Assembly (NCBI RefSeq): GCF_018336915.1
Contig: NZ_CP064923.1
Coordinates: 3,270,001-3,302,000, forward strand
Reading direction: 5' to 3'
DNA from: Acaryochloris marina S15
GTDB lineage: Bacteria > Cyanobacteriota > Cyanobacteriia > Thermosynechococcales > Thermosynechococcaceae
DNA length: 32,000 nt
Of the stretch, positions 8,412 to 17,857 are shown in pieces; within the stretch, counting starts at the first letter, position 1; each line of letters begins with the position of its first letter. The notes below the pieces were generated by a model. That model saw nothing but the letters and a program-made list of their open reading frames with translations. It ran no database searches and had not been told where the DNA came from. The position numbers and the translations under genes are program-made.

Positions 8412-10418
8412 CTAATCAACCTGCAAGGCCATTGCAACAGCTTGTTCAGCCGGATCATCCGTCTCTATTGGTAGTACAGTCTTCACCTCAATACCATTCC
8501 GATTTGCACACTCAGAAATCGATTGAATAAGTCTGCTGAAACTCCAAAGAGGATATTTTGCTCGAATAGATTTAGCATATCGCTGCTGCAGTGCTTTGTA
8601 ATGGGGAAACTTGATGCGGGCTTTTGCTTGCAGATTGGCTTCTATGCTCTCTTTGAGTCCTTCAACCTTAGGCAATACGATAGTCCCTACCCGATGGCTA
8701 ATGGCCCAGTCTACTAATCGTCTGGCAATAACTCTATCGGCATAAATTCCGAGCCTTTCAATTTTCTGAGATCTAAGTACCTTGCCTTTAGACTGCTTCT
8801 TTTGGCGGGCTTTTCTCACAAGGACTCTCTCTCGTTGTAATCGCTCTATTAGGGAGGCATTTTGGTTATTTTGCTTGGAAGAGAATCCTGATTGGGATTT
8901 GCCACCCCAATGAAGCTGTAATAGCTGTTGAGCAGTACAAGTGGCAATCTGCTTCTGAGTGGATACGTTAATGATTGCGGCTTGCAGGGGAAATTGTCGG
9001 CTCAAGCTTACCCCTAACACTAGGTTTGGATTACCGATATAGGGAACTGTGTAAGGTCTGCAGATCTTACCCTGACTCAAACGTAGATGAGATGACTGCT
9101 GCCTTTTTTGAAATATGCTCTGATTTTTATCCTGAGTTTGGGCCGTTTTTTTCTGGGATCGGAGGAGATTTTCTTTAGTAGCTGGCAGTTTCTCCGAGCA
9201 AACTTGGCCTGTTCCTTCGTCAGAAAGCAGTCGTTCATCAATGGTGCAGTGAAGATATAAACGATGCCTTTGCCAAGGTTGTGAGGCATCCTTGTGCTTG
9301 TTACTTGGTCGCCACAGTAACTGCCCAGACCTCAAGGGAAAGACTCCCCACGATGGGGGGATAATCTCTGGGTGTTTCTTGCACGCCTTGATTTGTTGTC
9401 GAATAAAGGTACTGTCTTCTTGAAATCGGCGGAAAATAGGCAGTTGTTTCTTTCCACATTGAATCCTGAACACATACTCCTTAAAACCTGAAAAGGCCAC
9501 ACCCAATTGAGGTTGCTTACTTTGCTTTGTCAGGCGACGGGGAGTTTGATCTGTATTTCGCTCAATTCGTGGCCAATAAACTTTATCGCAGCTCATAATA
9601 ATCAGCGGATATGGCAAAGGATTGTCCTCTGGAATCTGAACCTGTTTCCTCCACATTTCCCACTCTGCTTGAAGTTGATTAGAATCTTCAGGTATTTCAG
9701 GCAGGCTTATTGCTCGTTCTAGGCTCTCAAAATATGTCACTCCTAATGGATCTCGACCTTCAGGCAGTTGAGCATTAACTTTGGTCTCTAAGCGTTCGAT
9801 TTCAATCCGTTTTTTAGTGAATCGTTGCTTGAGTTTCTTGGGCTTAAACGGTTTCTCGGGAATTTCCAACTGATTCAATAGCAGATAGGCGATGGCCAAC
9901 TGGTCTAATTTCTCGGTTTGAGTTTCAGCTTCTCGCATTAATTGGCCAAAGCGCTGATGTTTTTTAATTCCCCCTTGCTTAGCTTGGGTTTCAACAAGGG
10001 CAAGCCATTGTTCAGCCCGTGTACAGATCTCTTCGTGGGTTTGCTGAGTCTTCTTTCCTGCCAACACTTTCTCCACAATATTTAGCCATCGCTGTTTGTT
10101 CTGAAGGCGAAAGAAACTCTGCTTTTGGATGGCAAACCAAGATTTATAGACTTGGGAGATCGCATGTCTCGCTGAAACGTAGAATAGATTAGGCAAACCT
10201 GCATACTGACTTTCAAGTTTCAAAGAGGCCAGAAAGTCTTTATCAATAATGGTTTGAGGGACTTCCCCCTTTAGCATCCACTTTGGAAAACGCTGATCTC
10301 TGGCAATCTGCTCCATCAGCTCTTTCACTAACAGAGTGTATTGAACTGACCAATTCCAAAGCAGTTTCCGGGTCTCTTCTGGGGCACTAAGCGCACATTC
10401 AATAGTTCTCACCGTCAT
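8412..10418 (-). CDS. cas12k: Cas12k (type V-K effector, nuclease-inactive)
   Basis: 668 aa. N-terminal LWNWSVQYTLLVKELMEQIA...FPKWMLKGEVP...YAGLP..FYVSARHAISQVYKSWFAIQK and C-terminal GTIVLPKVEGLKESIEA...KFPHYKALQQRYAKS...WSFSRLIQSI are collinear with ShCas12k as I remember it. The position of the RuvC-I Asp reads GVSLS. Confidence 0.92.
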   Translation of the reverse strand: MTVRTIECALSAPEETRKLLWNWSVQYTLLVKELMEQIARDQRFPKWMLKGEVPQTIIDKDFLASLKLESQYAGLPNLFYVSARHAISQVYKSWFAIQKQSFFRLQNKQRWLNIVEKVLAGKKTQQTHEEICTRAEQWLALVETQAKQGGIKKHQRFGQLMREAETQTEKLDQLAIAYLLLNQLEIPEKPFKPKKLKQRFTKKRIEIERLETKVNAQLPEGRDPLGVTYFESLERAISLPEIPEDSNQLQAEWEMWRKQVQIPEDNPLPYPLIIMSCDKVYWPRIERNTDQTPRRLTKQSKQPQLGVAFSGFKEYVFRIQCGKKQLPIFRRFQEDSTFIRQQIKACKKHPEIIPPSWGVFPLRSGQLLWRPSNKHKDASQPWQRHRLYLHCTIDERLLSDEGTGQVCSEKLPATKENLLRSQKKTAQTQDKNQSIFQKRQQSSHLRLSQGKICRPYTVPYIGNPNLVLGVSLSRQFPLQAAIINVSTQKQIATCTAQQLLQLHWGGKSQSGFSSKQNNQNASLIERLQRERVLVRKARQKKQSKGKVLRSQKIERLGIYADRVIARRLVDWAISHRVGTIVLPKVEGLKESIEANLQAKARIKFPHYKALQQRYAKSIRAKYPLWSFSRLIQSISECANRNGIEVKTVLPIETDDPAEQAVAMALQVD

Positions 10419-10486
10419 GGATCTGTCTCCCTTCAGTCATGAAACGAGATCAAGACAAAAACTCTAAGACCTGTTTGGGGACAGAT

Positions 10487-10780
10487 TTAGTCCAGCAAAT
10501 GACGGATGGCTTTAACTGAAGCCCCTAGCTCATCATTCAATGGTTCACCTTCGAGTTGCTCTAGTAATTTACGTAAGGTGTTTTTCTCCTGAAGAGAAAG
10601 CACAGGAAGCATTCCCCGACCAATTTGCTCAATGAACTCAGACCGAGAAAGCCCCATTTTCTTGGCTAGGCTATCTAATCCTTGGACTCCAGTTTCTGTC
10701 AGAGACAGGTTCACTTGGCCTTTGACCTCATCATAGAGTTCGGGTTGTCCCCGAACTTTTTTACGCCCTTTTTCAGGCAT
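10487..10780 (-). CDS. Ribbon-helix-helix (CopG/Arc-like) putative transcriptional regulator upstream of cas12k
   Basis: 97 aa from the ATG at 10780 (the ORF opens at a TTG at 10783). VNLSLTETGVQGLDSLAKKMGLSRSEFIEQIGRG fits a beta-strand/helix/helix RHH pattern. It is on the same strand as cas12k, 68 nt upstream. Confidence 0.6.
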   Translation of the reverse strand: MPEKGRKKVRGQPELYDEVKGQVNLSLTETGVQGLDSLAKKMGLSRSEFIEQIGRGMLPVLSLQEKNTLRKLLEQLEGEPLNDELGASVKAIRHLLD

Positions 10781-10815
10781 CAACCTCTAATCCTTATACT
10801 ATGGATTTATTTAGA

Positions 10816-10864
10816 GGCTATATAGGCTCTAACTGTTTTAAGATTGTAGGTAGTGGCTATATAG
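10816..10864. promoter_or_regulatory. Two GGCTATATAG boxes in the divergent intergenic region (candidate operator/promoter)
   Basis: An identical 10-mer containing the palindrome CTATATAG occurs at 10816-10825 and 10855-10864. These sit 36-84 nt upstream of the RHH gene start. Confidence 0.3.
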
Positions 10865-11056
10865 TCTCTACGTCAGAGTCAGTCAGGGAGTTGCTTGGTA
10901 AGTTGGCTGCCTGACTGGCTTGTGTTCTTATCAGCTTAAACTGCGCCTGTCTCTCACCTGAATTTCTTGGAAAGTTTTCAGATCTGTTTTTCAAGGGTGT
11001 ATGAGGAATGAGACTGCGGGTAAGGATGCGTCTCAAGTTCATAACGTTTTCAAGTA

Positions 11057-11554
11057 GTGCTCCAGGGGGACATCATCAAATCATCAACAGAGAGATTGCC
11101 GTTGCGACCCGCTCTTCTAGAGGCAATCACGATTCTTCAAAGTCATGGAGGGCGATTAACGGCACCTGAACTGCAAGCAGAGATGAGGATTGGCCTTTCT
11201 ACGGCCTATACCTATCTCAACCAACTCTTCAGCGAAGATTTCGTCGAACGAGTCAAAATAGAAACTGCGATGGGGACTTCTAAGCAGTTTCTCTACATTA
11301 TGAAGTCCGCTAACTGTGAGGGTCTTGATTTACCTAAGAATCAAAAAAAAACACCCAATGTCCTTCAGAATGGTTGTCCTGACAGTGAAGCGCATTCTGA
11401 GGACCCTATAGAGGAAGTCTTGGAAATTTTAAGTTCTCTTTCGAAGAAAGTTAGAACTCTAGAGAGACGGCTCGCCGCACTGGAACAAGAGAAGCACAAA
11501 AGCTATCCACTTCTTTCAGCTTTGAAGCAAGATATTGAAATGAGCGATGTATAG
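11057..11554 (+). CDS. Hypothetical winged-helix-like DNA-binding protein with C-terminal coiled coil
   Basis: 165-aa ORF with a GTG start, divergent from the RHH gene. LTAPELQAEMRIGLSTAYTYLNQLFSEDFVERV resembles a wHTH recognition region. The C-terminus is heptad-like (LERRLAALEQEK). Confidence 0.45.
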   Translation: MLQGDIIKSSTERLPLRPALLEAITILQSHGGRLTAPELQAEMRIGLSTAYTYLNQLFSEDFVERVKIETAMGTSKQFLYIMKSANCEGLDLPKNQKKTPNVLQNGCPDSEAHSEDPIEEVLEILSSLSKKVRTLERRLAALEQEKHKSYPLLSALKQDIEMSDV

Positions 11555-12073
11555 ATAAACTGCTCATTTGACATATCATCAAGAGCTATATGTATTCGGA
11601 ATTAAGGCACACAAGGCTTGTTCTAAGTTATGTAAATGCAGTTCAGTTAGACTACACGACGTTCTGTCTAACATGAAACTCTACTCCAATGGTTCTTTGA
11701 CTGGTGTAAAGCTTGTAGTGCAGCAAACTCACTAGGTAGTTCTATCACCACTCAATAGTTGTTAAAACCACCTGTGCTTTGAAGTTAGAGACGTATTTTC
11801 GCCATTTGTAAAGATATAGATTTCCATAATTCGGTACAAAACTATTTCGCTCCCTGTCCAAATTCAAGGACTCACTTCACAAAAGTCTTCAAGGGAATTT
11901 TTTCCGATGGTTGGTTTTATACAGCATAGACGTCAAGCGTAATATCTTAAGAATCAAGAAATTTTGAGCTAAAAAATCGGTTGTTAGGGAATATTTAAAC
12001 CGCTTACTACATTTGATTAACTAGTTCATTCGATTTCTCTTCCACTAAGGACATATTAGGAAAAGACCAAGAA

Positions 12074-15000
12074 ATGCTAAAGACAGTCAAAGATGCATGC
12101 ACCCTTCATCCAACGACTCTCGATTATCAGGTGGCAAGAGGTGTGGATAATCTCTCAGAAATTCTTGACGCTGAAGATTCAGGCAAGGCATTTTTTGAGA
12201 AAAGCCATATAACTCGAGGAATGGAAGAGCTTCTCAGGGAAGGGCTTTTGAGAATATCTGGTGAAAATGAGCAGGCATTGTTTGAACTTTCACAATCAAT
12301 GGGGGGTGGCAAAACCCATCTTATGTGTTCACTGGGCCTGTTAGCGAAGTATCCTTGTCTCAGAGCTGAGATTCTACCAACAGACGTTATAAATCGACTG
12401 GAAAATACTCCAGCGCGGGTAGCTGTATTTGAGGGGCGGAATAAACCGAAACACTATCTTTGGGGCGAAATTGCCAAGCAGCTTGGACCCGATGCTGAAG
12501 CGGTCATGCTGCCATTCTGGAAAAATGGCCCCCAGGCACCGGGTAAGGAGCATTGGAAGAAGATTATTGGTGATCAGCCAACGCTAATTTTATTTGATGA
12601 GTTACCGCCCTATTTTCTAGGGGCTCGCACTGTGGCCGTGGGGCAGGGCTCAATGGTGGATGTGCTGACGGAGGCCCTATCTAACCTGTTTGCGGCTGCC
12701 CTGGAACTGCCGCGTTGCTGTGTGGTGCTGGCTAATTTGTCTGATAGCTATCACGATCAGGTCAAGGAAGTACGCAAGCTAGTGGCCGATGTGCAGCGAG
12801 AAGCGTCTCGGCAGGCTAAAAAGATTACTCCGGTTTCCCTGGAAGGCAGCGAAATCTATTCAATTTTGCGAAAGCGGTTATTTGCTGAGCTGCCATCAGA
12901 TGAGGACATTGACGAGGTAGCTGAAGCCTACGCGGAGCAGATCAAACTGGCGGAGGACAGTGGTTACTTAACCGCTCGCAGTCTAGAGCAGGTGGCTGAT
13001 GAAGTGCGGGCGACGTATCCATTCCACCCATCGTTTAAGCATTTGGTGGCTTTATTTAAGGATAATCCTGACTTTCGGGAGACCCGTGGATTATTGCAGT
13101 TTGCGGCACGGGTGATTCGATCAGTGTGGCAACGTAAGCAGAATGATGTTTTTCTGATTGGTACCCAGCACCTGGATCTGAATGACAGTCAAGTGATGAA
13201 TGAGGTGACTGATATTAACCGGGCTTTGCGGCCTGCGATCGCACAGGATATTGCTGACAGTGGCAATGCCCATGCAGAGGAAATTGACGCTAACCTGAAC
13301 AGCGATGCTGCCTCTCAAGTGGCTTGTATGCTGCTTTCTGCCTCGCTTTCCCTGGCAGTGAAGGGACATATGGGCCTGCGTCGGGAAGAGGTGATCGAAT
13401 ATCTGGCGGCACCGAATCGAAAAGCCGAGGAATTTGCCCAGGCATTTAAGCAACTGAAGAAAACGGCCTGGTATCTCCATGCGGAAGGAGAACTTTTCTA
13501 CTTCAAAGATACGGAGAACCTGACCAAACGCATTCAGCGGGAGGCCCAGGGGTTACCCAAGGCAAAGGTAGAAAAAGCCCTTCGGACACGATTAGAAGGG
13601 GAACTAGAAGCTCAATCTAAGAAGGCATACCAGGAAGTGCTGATAATGCCGGAAATTAATGAGATTCGTCTGGGCAGTCATCGTATTTTGGTGGTTGTGC
13701 CCCCAGACAACAGTGTGCCACCTGAAGATATTCATCGGTTTTACGGGTCTGTTGCAGAAAAGAATAATCTGTTGGTACTGTCGGGGAATGACACCCATAT
13801 GGCCAGCCGTGTGGAAGAGTCACTGCGAGAGCTTTACGCTATCGAGAAGATTGCCAAAAATCTTAAACATAGTGATTCTCTTTATGAGCAAGCTCAAGAT
13901 TCTAAGGAAGAAGCTGAAGGGGCTCTTTTACAAGCGTTGCAGGGTACCTATAACAGACTCTTTTACCCATCTGAAGATGAACTACAGCAGGCCACCATCG
14001 AGAATGGTCTCAAATTTGGGCAGACCAGTGATGACAGTGTGGAAACCCAAATTGAAGCCATGCTGGCCAGCATGCGCTGTGACAACAAGCTGGCGACTGA
14101 TGCAGAACAAGACTCGCTGCCCTATTTTGCGATGGCAGAAGAAGAACTATGGCCCCAAAACGATCGCCGTACCCCCTGGCGTGATGTACTGATGCGGGCA
14201 AAGAGCAATCCCGCCTGGCCCTGGTTACCAGGATTAAAGGGCTTAGACCAGCTTAAGGTCAAAGCATTGTCCCAGGGGCGTTGGCGTGAGGGTAACGATG
14301 GCTGGATCGAAAAAGGACCATTCCCTAAGGAAAAGACTGCTGTCAATATCGTCAGCCCAACATTAGATATGCAGACTGGAGAAACGGTGCTTACGCTCAC
14401 CCCACGTCATGCGGGTCCGAGCCCCAACGTGCATTACAGTACATCTCCTAACGTTAGTGAAGCTGATCACGTCGTAAGGGATTTAGATACCTTTCGAACC
14501 AAGGATTCGACATTATATTTCCTAGCGGTCGATAGCACAGGGAAATATTCCATCGGTGAACCTAAACGATGGGTAGCCAAGCTTAAGATTCAGCATCAGG
14601 TTCACAATCGTCCGGTGCATCGTGAAGTAGAGCTAGCAGTCACACCTAATGCACAACTGCGCTACACCATCGATGCCACTAACCCCCGTGAAGGCAAAGT
14701 CTACGATGGCCCGTTTCAGATCTCGGATGATCAAATTTTGCTACAGGTGTACGCCAGCGCAGGCGAAGCGACGGCAACTGAAACCTTCAACATCTCTCAG
14801 AAAGGAATAGAGCGACCACCAATAAAAGATGACATGCCCGCAAAGCTAGTGCGTACCAAACCTCGGTTCGACACCACCAAAGCAGTTTTTGATGTCATTG
14901 CACAATTTAAGGACCGCCAGGGCGTTATCTTCCATGGTGTTACGTTGAATATTGGTGAAAATGAGCAGGCGGTGCAGGTGCGGTTTAATGATCGCCCTGT

Positions 15001-15175
15001 TACACCCGACATCTTAGAAAAATTAATTAAGGCCCTGCGCGAAAGTCTTAACGAGCCAGATGCTCTGGTACAGTTGACTATCCGGGATGGGGCAGCTTTT
15101 GATACTGGCTTTGACCTCAAGGCTTTTGCTGAGCTGGCGGGTATTGAGCTAACCCCAAACTCAGTGGAGCAGTAA
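12074..15175 (+). CDS. DUF499 (COG1483-like) P-loop ATPase of a defence-associated operon
   Basis: 1033 aa. It has the N-terminal pattern ...FFEKSHITRGMEELL...LSQSMGGGKTHLM (Walker A) and LILFDELPPY (Walker B-like), typical of DUF499 proteins. Confidence 0.8.
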   Translation: MLKTVKDACTLHPTTLDYQVARGVDNLSEILDAEDSGKAFFEKSHITRGMEELLREGLLRISGENEQALFELSQSMGGGKTHLMCSLGLLAKYPCLRAEILPTDVINRLENTPARVAVFEGRNKPKHYLWGEIAKQLGPDAEAVMLPFWKNGPQAPGKEHWKKIIGDQPTLILFDELPPYFLGARTVAVGQGSMVDVLTEALSNLFAAALELPRCCVVLANLSDSYHDQVKEVRKLVADVQREASRQAKKITPVSLEGSEIYSILRKRLFAELPSDEDIDEVAEAYAEQIKLAEDSGYLTARSLEQVADEVRATYPFHPSFKHLVALFKDNPDFRETRGLLQFAARVIRSVWQRKQNDVFLIGTQHLDLNDSQVMNEVTDINRALRPAIAQDIADSGNAHAEEIDANLNSDAASQVACMLLSASLSLAVKGHMGLRREEVIEYLAAPNRKAEEFAQAFKQLKKTAWYLHAEGELFYFKDTENLTKRIQREAQGLPKAKVEKALRTRLEGELEAQSKKAYQEVLIMPEINEIRLGSHRILVVVPPDNSVPPEDIHRFYGSVAEKNNLLVLSGNDTHMASRVEESLRELYAIEKIAKNLKHSDSLYEQAQDSKEEAEGALLQALQGTYNRLFYPSEDELQQATIENGLKFGQTSDDSVETQIEAMLASMRCDNKLATDAEQDSLPYFAMAEEELWPQNDRRTPWRDVLMRAKSNPAWPWLPGLKGLDQLKVKALSQGRWREGNDGWIEKGPFPKEKTAVNIVSPTLDMQTGETVLTLTPRHAGPSPNVHYSTSPNVSEADHVVRDLDTFRTKDSTLYFLAVDSTGKYSIGEPKRWVAKLKIQHQVHNRPVHREVELAVTPNAQLRYTIDATNPREGKVYDGPFQISDDQILLQVYASAGEATATETFNISQKGIERPPIKDDMPAKLVRTKPRFDTTKAVFDVIAQFKDRQGVIFHGVTLNIGENEQAVQVRFNDRPVTPDILEKLIKALRESLNEPDALVQLTIRDGAAFDTGFDLKAFAELAGIELTPNSVEQ

Positions 15176-15176
15176 A

Positions 15177-15830
15177 ATGAGTCTAGTGCAAACGTACTTA
15201 GCCCCCATGGCCAAAGAGACTAAAAAGACACGCGCAAAGACACGTTCAAAGGCCAGTAAACCTGCCCATGCCACCCAGGGCTTTGGGGTGCCGATCACGG
15301 CAGCGCCCCACCATTTTGTGGTGATTATTCCTCGGGGGACCAAGCAGCCGGTGCAAATTGTGGAAGACCTGGGGATGCACACCCTGGGTGATGAAAGTGA
15401 GCTGCTGGATCGAGTGGAGCTGCCCCGTGGGATTTGGACGGAAATTGCTAACCCAGTAAAGCGGATGTTTAATGAGCGTCTGAAAGCGCATCAGCTAAAG
15501 CCGGGTCAGTGGAAGGCAGGGGAAAATCGGGTGGACCGATTGCTGGGTAAAGAGTTATGTGTGCTGGCCTGGGCCATTGAGGATCTAGAAGAGGAGAAGA
15601 TTGGGACGGCGCTGCGGAATTGGTTGGCATTACGGCCAGAGGAGCGCTGGTGGTTGTTTGGGATGACGGCGACGACTGTAGGTGCCCCTGAGGATAAGGG
15701 GCGAGGGTGGCGAATGGCGCTGAAATATGCCCTGGGGTATCCCCCCCAGCCAACGCTGAGAGCCCCTAGAAAAGGTGATAAGACGGACGCTGAGGACATC
15801 TACGAAACATTGCCACTATTTCAGGGTTAA
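15177..15830 (+). CDS. DUF3780-like protein
   Basis: 217 aa, with its start 1 nt after the DUF499 stop. FGVP...HHFVV...RLLGKELCVLAWAIE...PEERWWLFGMT...GWRMALKYAL matches my recollection of the DUF3780 family that accompanies DUF499/DUF1156. Confidence 0.7.
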   Translation: MSLVQTYLAPMAKETKKTRAKTRSKASKPAHATQGFGVPITAAPHHFVVIIPRGTKQPVQIVEDLGMHTLGDESELLDRVELPRGIWTEIANPVKRMFNERLKAHQLKPGQWKAGENRVDRLLGKELCVLAWAIEDLEEEKIGTALRNWLALRPEERWWLFGMTATTVGAPEDKGRGWRMALKYALGYPPQPTLRAPRKGDKTDAEDIYETLPLFQG

Positions 15831-15956
15831 ACCTTGTCCACGTCCAGAACTGGAGTTTTTCCGTAGAGGAAACTATATGTTTCATTCAACTTAGACGTGG
15901 TTTAACTGCAGATTCTAAGCTCAAGAAAATGGAGAAACATCAAAGCTCACAAAACG

Positions 15957-16157
15957 GTGGAACCAATGGAAAATGCCAATTCTTTAAATATGTTGGAACG
16001 TGCTCCAGACAAGGTTAGTGGTGCATGGGTCTTTAAGGGCACTCGTGTTCCAGTTGCTGCCCTGTTTGAGAATCTCAAAGATGGGGCTTCTATTGATCAG
16101 TTTTTGGAATGGTTTCCAGGGGTTAAGCGTGAGCAAATAGAGACGCTATTGGAATAA
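15957..16157 (+). CDS. DUF433-like small protein
   Basis: 66 aa. VSGAWVFKGTRVPVAALFENLKDGASIDQFLEWFPGV fits the DUF433 homeodomain-like pattern. Confidence 0.6.
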   Translation: MEPMENANSLNMLERAPDKVSGAWVFKGTRVPVAALFENLKDGASIDQFLEWFPGVKREQIETLLE

Positions 16158-16238
16158 TCCTCAAACTTTAGAAATGCCACCGTTGATTCCAAAAAATTGC
16201 AGATTCCAAAATTAGAGCAAGCCCGTTGGAGACCCCTG

Positions 16239-16556
16239 ATGAACTATTTAGCGACAGACTACAAGTATATTCAGCTTGATGAAAACCAAGTTCCGGTAAT
16301 TGAAGGCAGCACCATGAAGGTGGTGGAGCTTATTACCTCGCATCTTACCTATGGCTGGAGTCCAGAAGAACTCCACTTTCAGTATTCTCACATCAGTCTG
16401 GGCAAAATTTACTCAGCCCTTGCTTACTATTGGGATCATAAAGCGGCGCTCGAAAGCGATATGAAACAGCGTCTCGAAAAAGTAAAAGCCCTACAGCAGG
16501 AAGCTCCTCCGTCTCGCATTGTCCAAAAACTAAAGGAGCGGGGTGTGATCTCTTGA
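16239..16556 (+). CDS. DUF433-like putative antitoxin
   Basis: The ORF opens at a TTG at 16197, and ATG 16239 is the more likely start. VPVIEGSTMKVVELITSHLTYGWSPEELHFQYSHISLGKIYSALAYY fits DUF433. The stop overlaps the next gene's start. Confidence 0.6.
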   Translation: MNYLATDYKYIQLDENQVPVIEGSTMKVVELITSHLTYGWSPEELHFQYSHISLGKIYSALAYYWDHKAALESDMKQRLEKVKALQQEAPPSRIVQKLKERGVIS

Positions 16557-16900
16557 GCGTAGCTCTCTACATGGATGAAAACGTACCTCGGCAAATTGCC
16601 GTGGGCTTACGACTCCGCGATATTGATGTCCTCACCGTGCAAGAAGATGGAAGGGCCGGAATAGCGGACCCAGAGGTACTGGCCCGCGCCACCGAATTAC
16701 AAAGAGTCTTATTTTCTAGAGATGACGATCTATTAGCACTGGCCCATCATCGTCAAAAAGTGGGTATCGACTTCTCCGGGGTAGTGTACGCCCATCCTCA
16801 AAGTATTAACATCGGTGATTGCGTGAAGGACTTAGAGGTGATTGCCAAAGCCAGCACTTTAGAAGACACGCTGAACCAAGTTCAATATTTACCGCTTTAG
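16553..16900 (+). CDS. DUF5615 (PIN-like/Mut7-C-like) putative toxin
   Basis: 115 aa. LYMDENVPRQIAVGLRLRDIDVLTV...VLFSRDDD is the usual DUF5615 N-terminus. It is coupled to the upstream DUF433 gene. Confidence 0.65.
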   Translation: MSVALYMDENVPRQIAVGLRLRDIDVLTVQEDGRAGIADPEVLARATELQRVLFSRDDDLLALAHHRQKVGIDFSGVVYAHPQSINIGDCVKDLEVIAKASTLEDTLNQVQYLPL

Positions 16901-16920
16901 TTCCTCTCCTAGTTTTATAC

Positions 16921-17857
16921 ATGCCGACTCCGTCTTTGAAACGCTTATCGCTACAAGATGCCCCCTCACTGATTGAGCGGGTATTTCCAGCGCAGAAGAT
17001 TTCGGCGGAGGCGCAGAAGGAGCGTAAGGCGGGGGCAGGGCAAACGTTGACGGCACTGGGATCTTATTGGAAAGGTCGCAAGCCGTTGATTATGGTGCGG
17101 GCGATTGTGCTGGGATGCTTGCTGCCGGTGACGGATGATTTAGAAGCGGATCTGCGCATCTTTGAGAAGCTGATGGGCATTGATGATGCGGCTTTTGGCT
17201 GGCGAGAGCCGAAGCTAAGGGTGATTGATATTGCCCAACGGATAGCGTTGGAGAACCCTTGGGACTTTTTTGACTACACCAACAAGTTTTACGATGCGGA
17301 AGAGATCGAGGCGCTGCAGTTTCCGTTGGATGTGGAGCAGTACCCGAAGCTAAAGGTGCGATGGAAGCGGGGTTCAGACCTGCGGGACAAGTATCCTTTT
17401 TTTATGCAGGCGTTAGAAGGATTGTCTTTTGAGGAGAAGGTGGGCCTGTGTCGGCGACCGGAAGAGATTGATCCAGAGGTTCTTTATGGGCCGATTTGGC
17501 AGGATGTGAATAAGCACCTGGAACCGTTTGGCATTGAGGCACATTCCCATGAGTCGTTGGTGGAGCAGTTGGGGGTTTTGCGCTATGGGCATCGGCCCAA
17601 GGTGGGAGATACGTTTTGTGGGGGTGGGTCGATACCGTTTGAGGCGGCGCGGTTGGGGTGTGATGTGTATGCGTCGGATTTGAATCCGGTGGCCTGTATG
17701 TTGACCTGGGGAGCGTTGAATATTATTGGGGCGAGTCCAGAAAAGCGGAAAGAGATTGAGAAAGCTCAAAAAGAAGTAGCGGAAGCAGTAGATCGAGAGA
17801 TTACCGAGCTGGGGATTGAGCATAATGAGCGGGGGGATCGGGCGAAAGCGTTTTTGT
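16921..17857 (+). pseudogene. DUF1156 (COG1743-like) DNA methyltransferase, truncated after about 312 codons by an IS
   Basis: From ATG 16921 the sequence reads MPTPSLKRL...FPAQKISAEAQKERKAG...SYWKGRKPL (DUF1156 N-terminus). SAM motif I is GDTFCGGGSIPFEAARLGCDVYASDLNP. The reading frame runs into the IS inverted repeat at 17858, so the catalytic motif IV region is absent. Confidence 0.8.

Noticed and set aside
10857-11042. 61-aa minus-strand ORF in the RHH/wHTH intergenic region
   Set aside because: It has a low-complexity, Arg/Ser/Asn-rich composition, no RBS and no motif. It sits in a probable divergent promoter region.
11057-11554. 165-aa ORF considered as the missing TniQ, since its size is similar to V-K TniQ
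   Set aside because: It is on the opposite strand to tnsB and tnsC. It lacks the Cys/His zinc-finger pairs of TniQ. Its sequence looks like a wHTH plus coiled coil instead.
13659-14192. 177-aa alternative-frame ORF inside the DUF499 gene
   Set aside because: It is nested out of frame within a continuous 1033-aa ORF that carries clear motifs. There is no independent support.
16819-16920. Upstream extension of the DUF1156 ORF (track start 16819), which overlaps the DUF5615 gene
   Set aside because: The family-typical N-terminus MPTPSLKRL... begins at ATG 16921. The extension is read-through of the neighbouring gene's 3' end.
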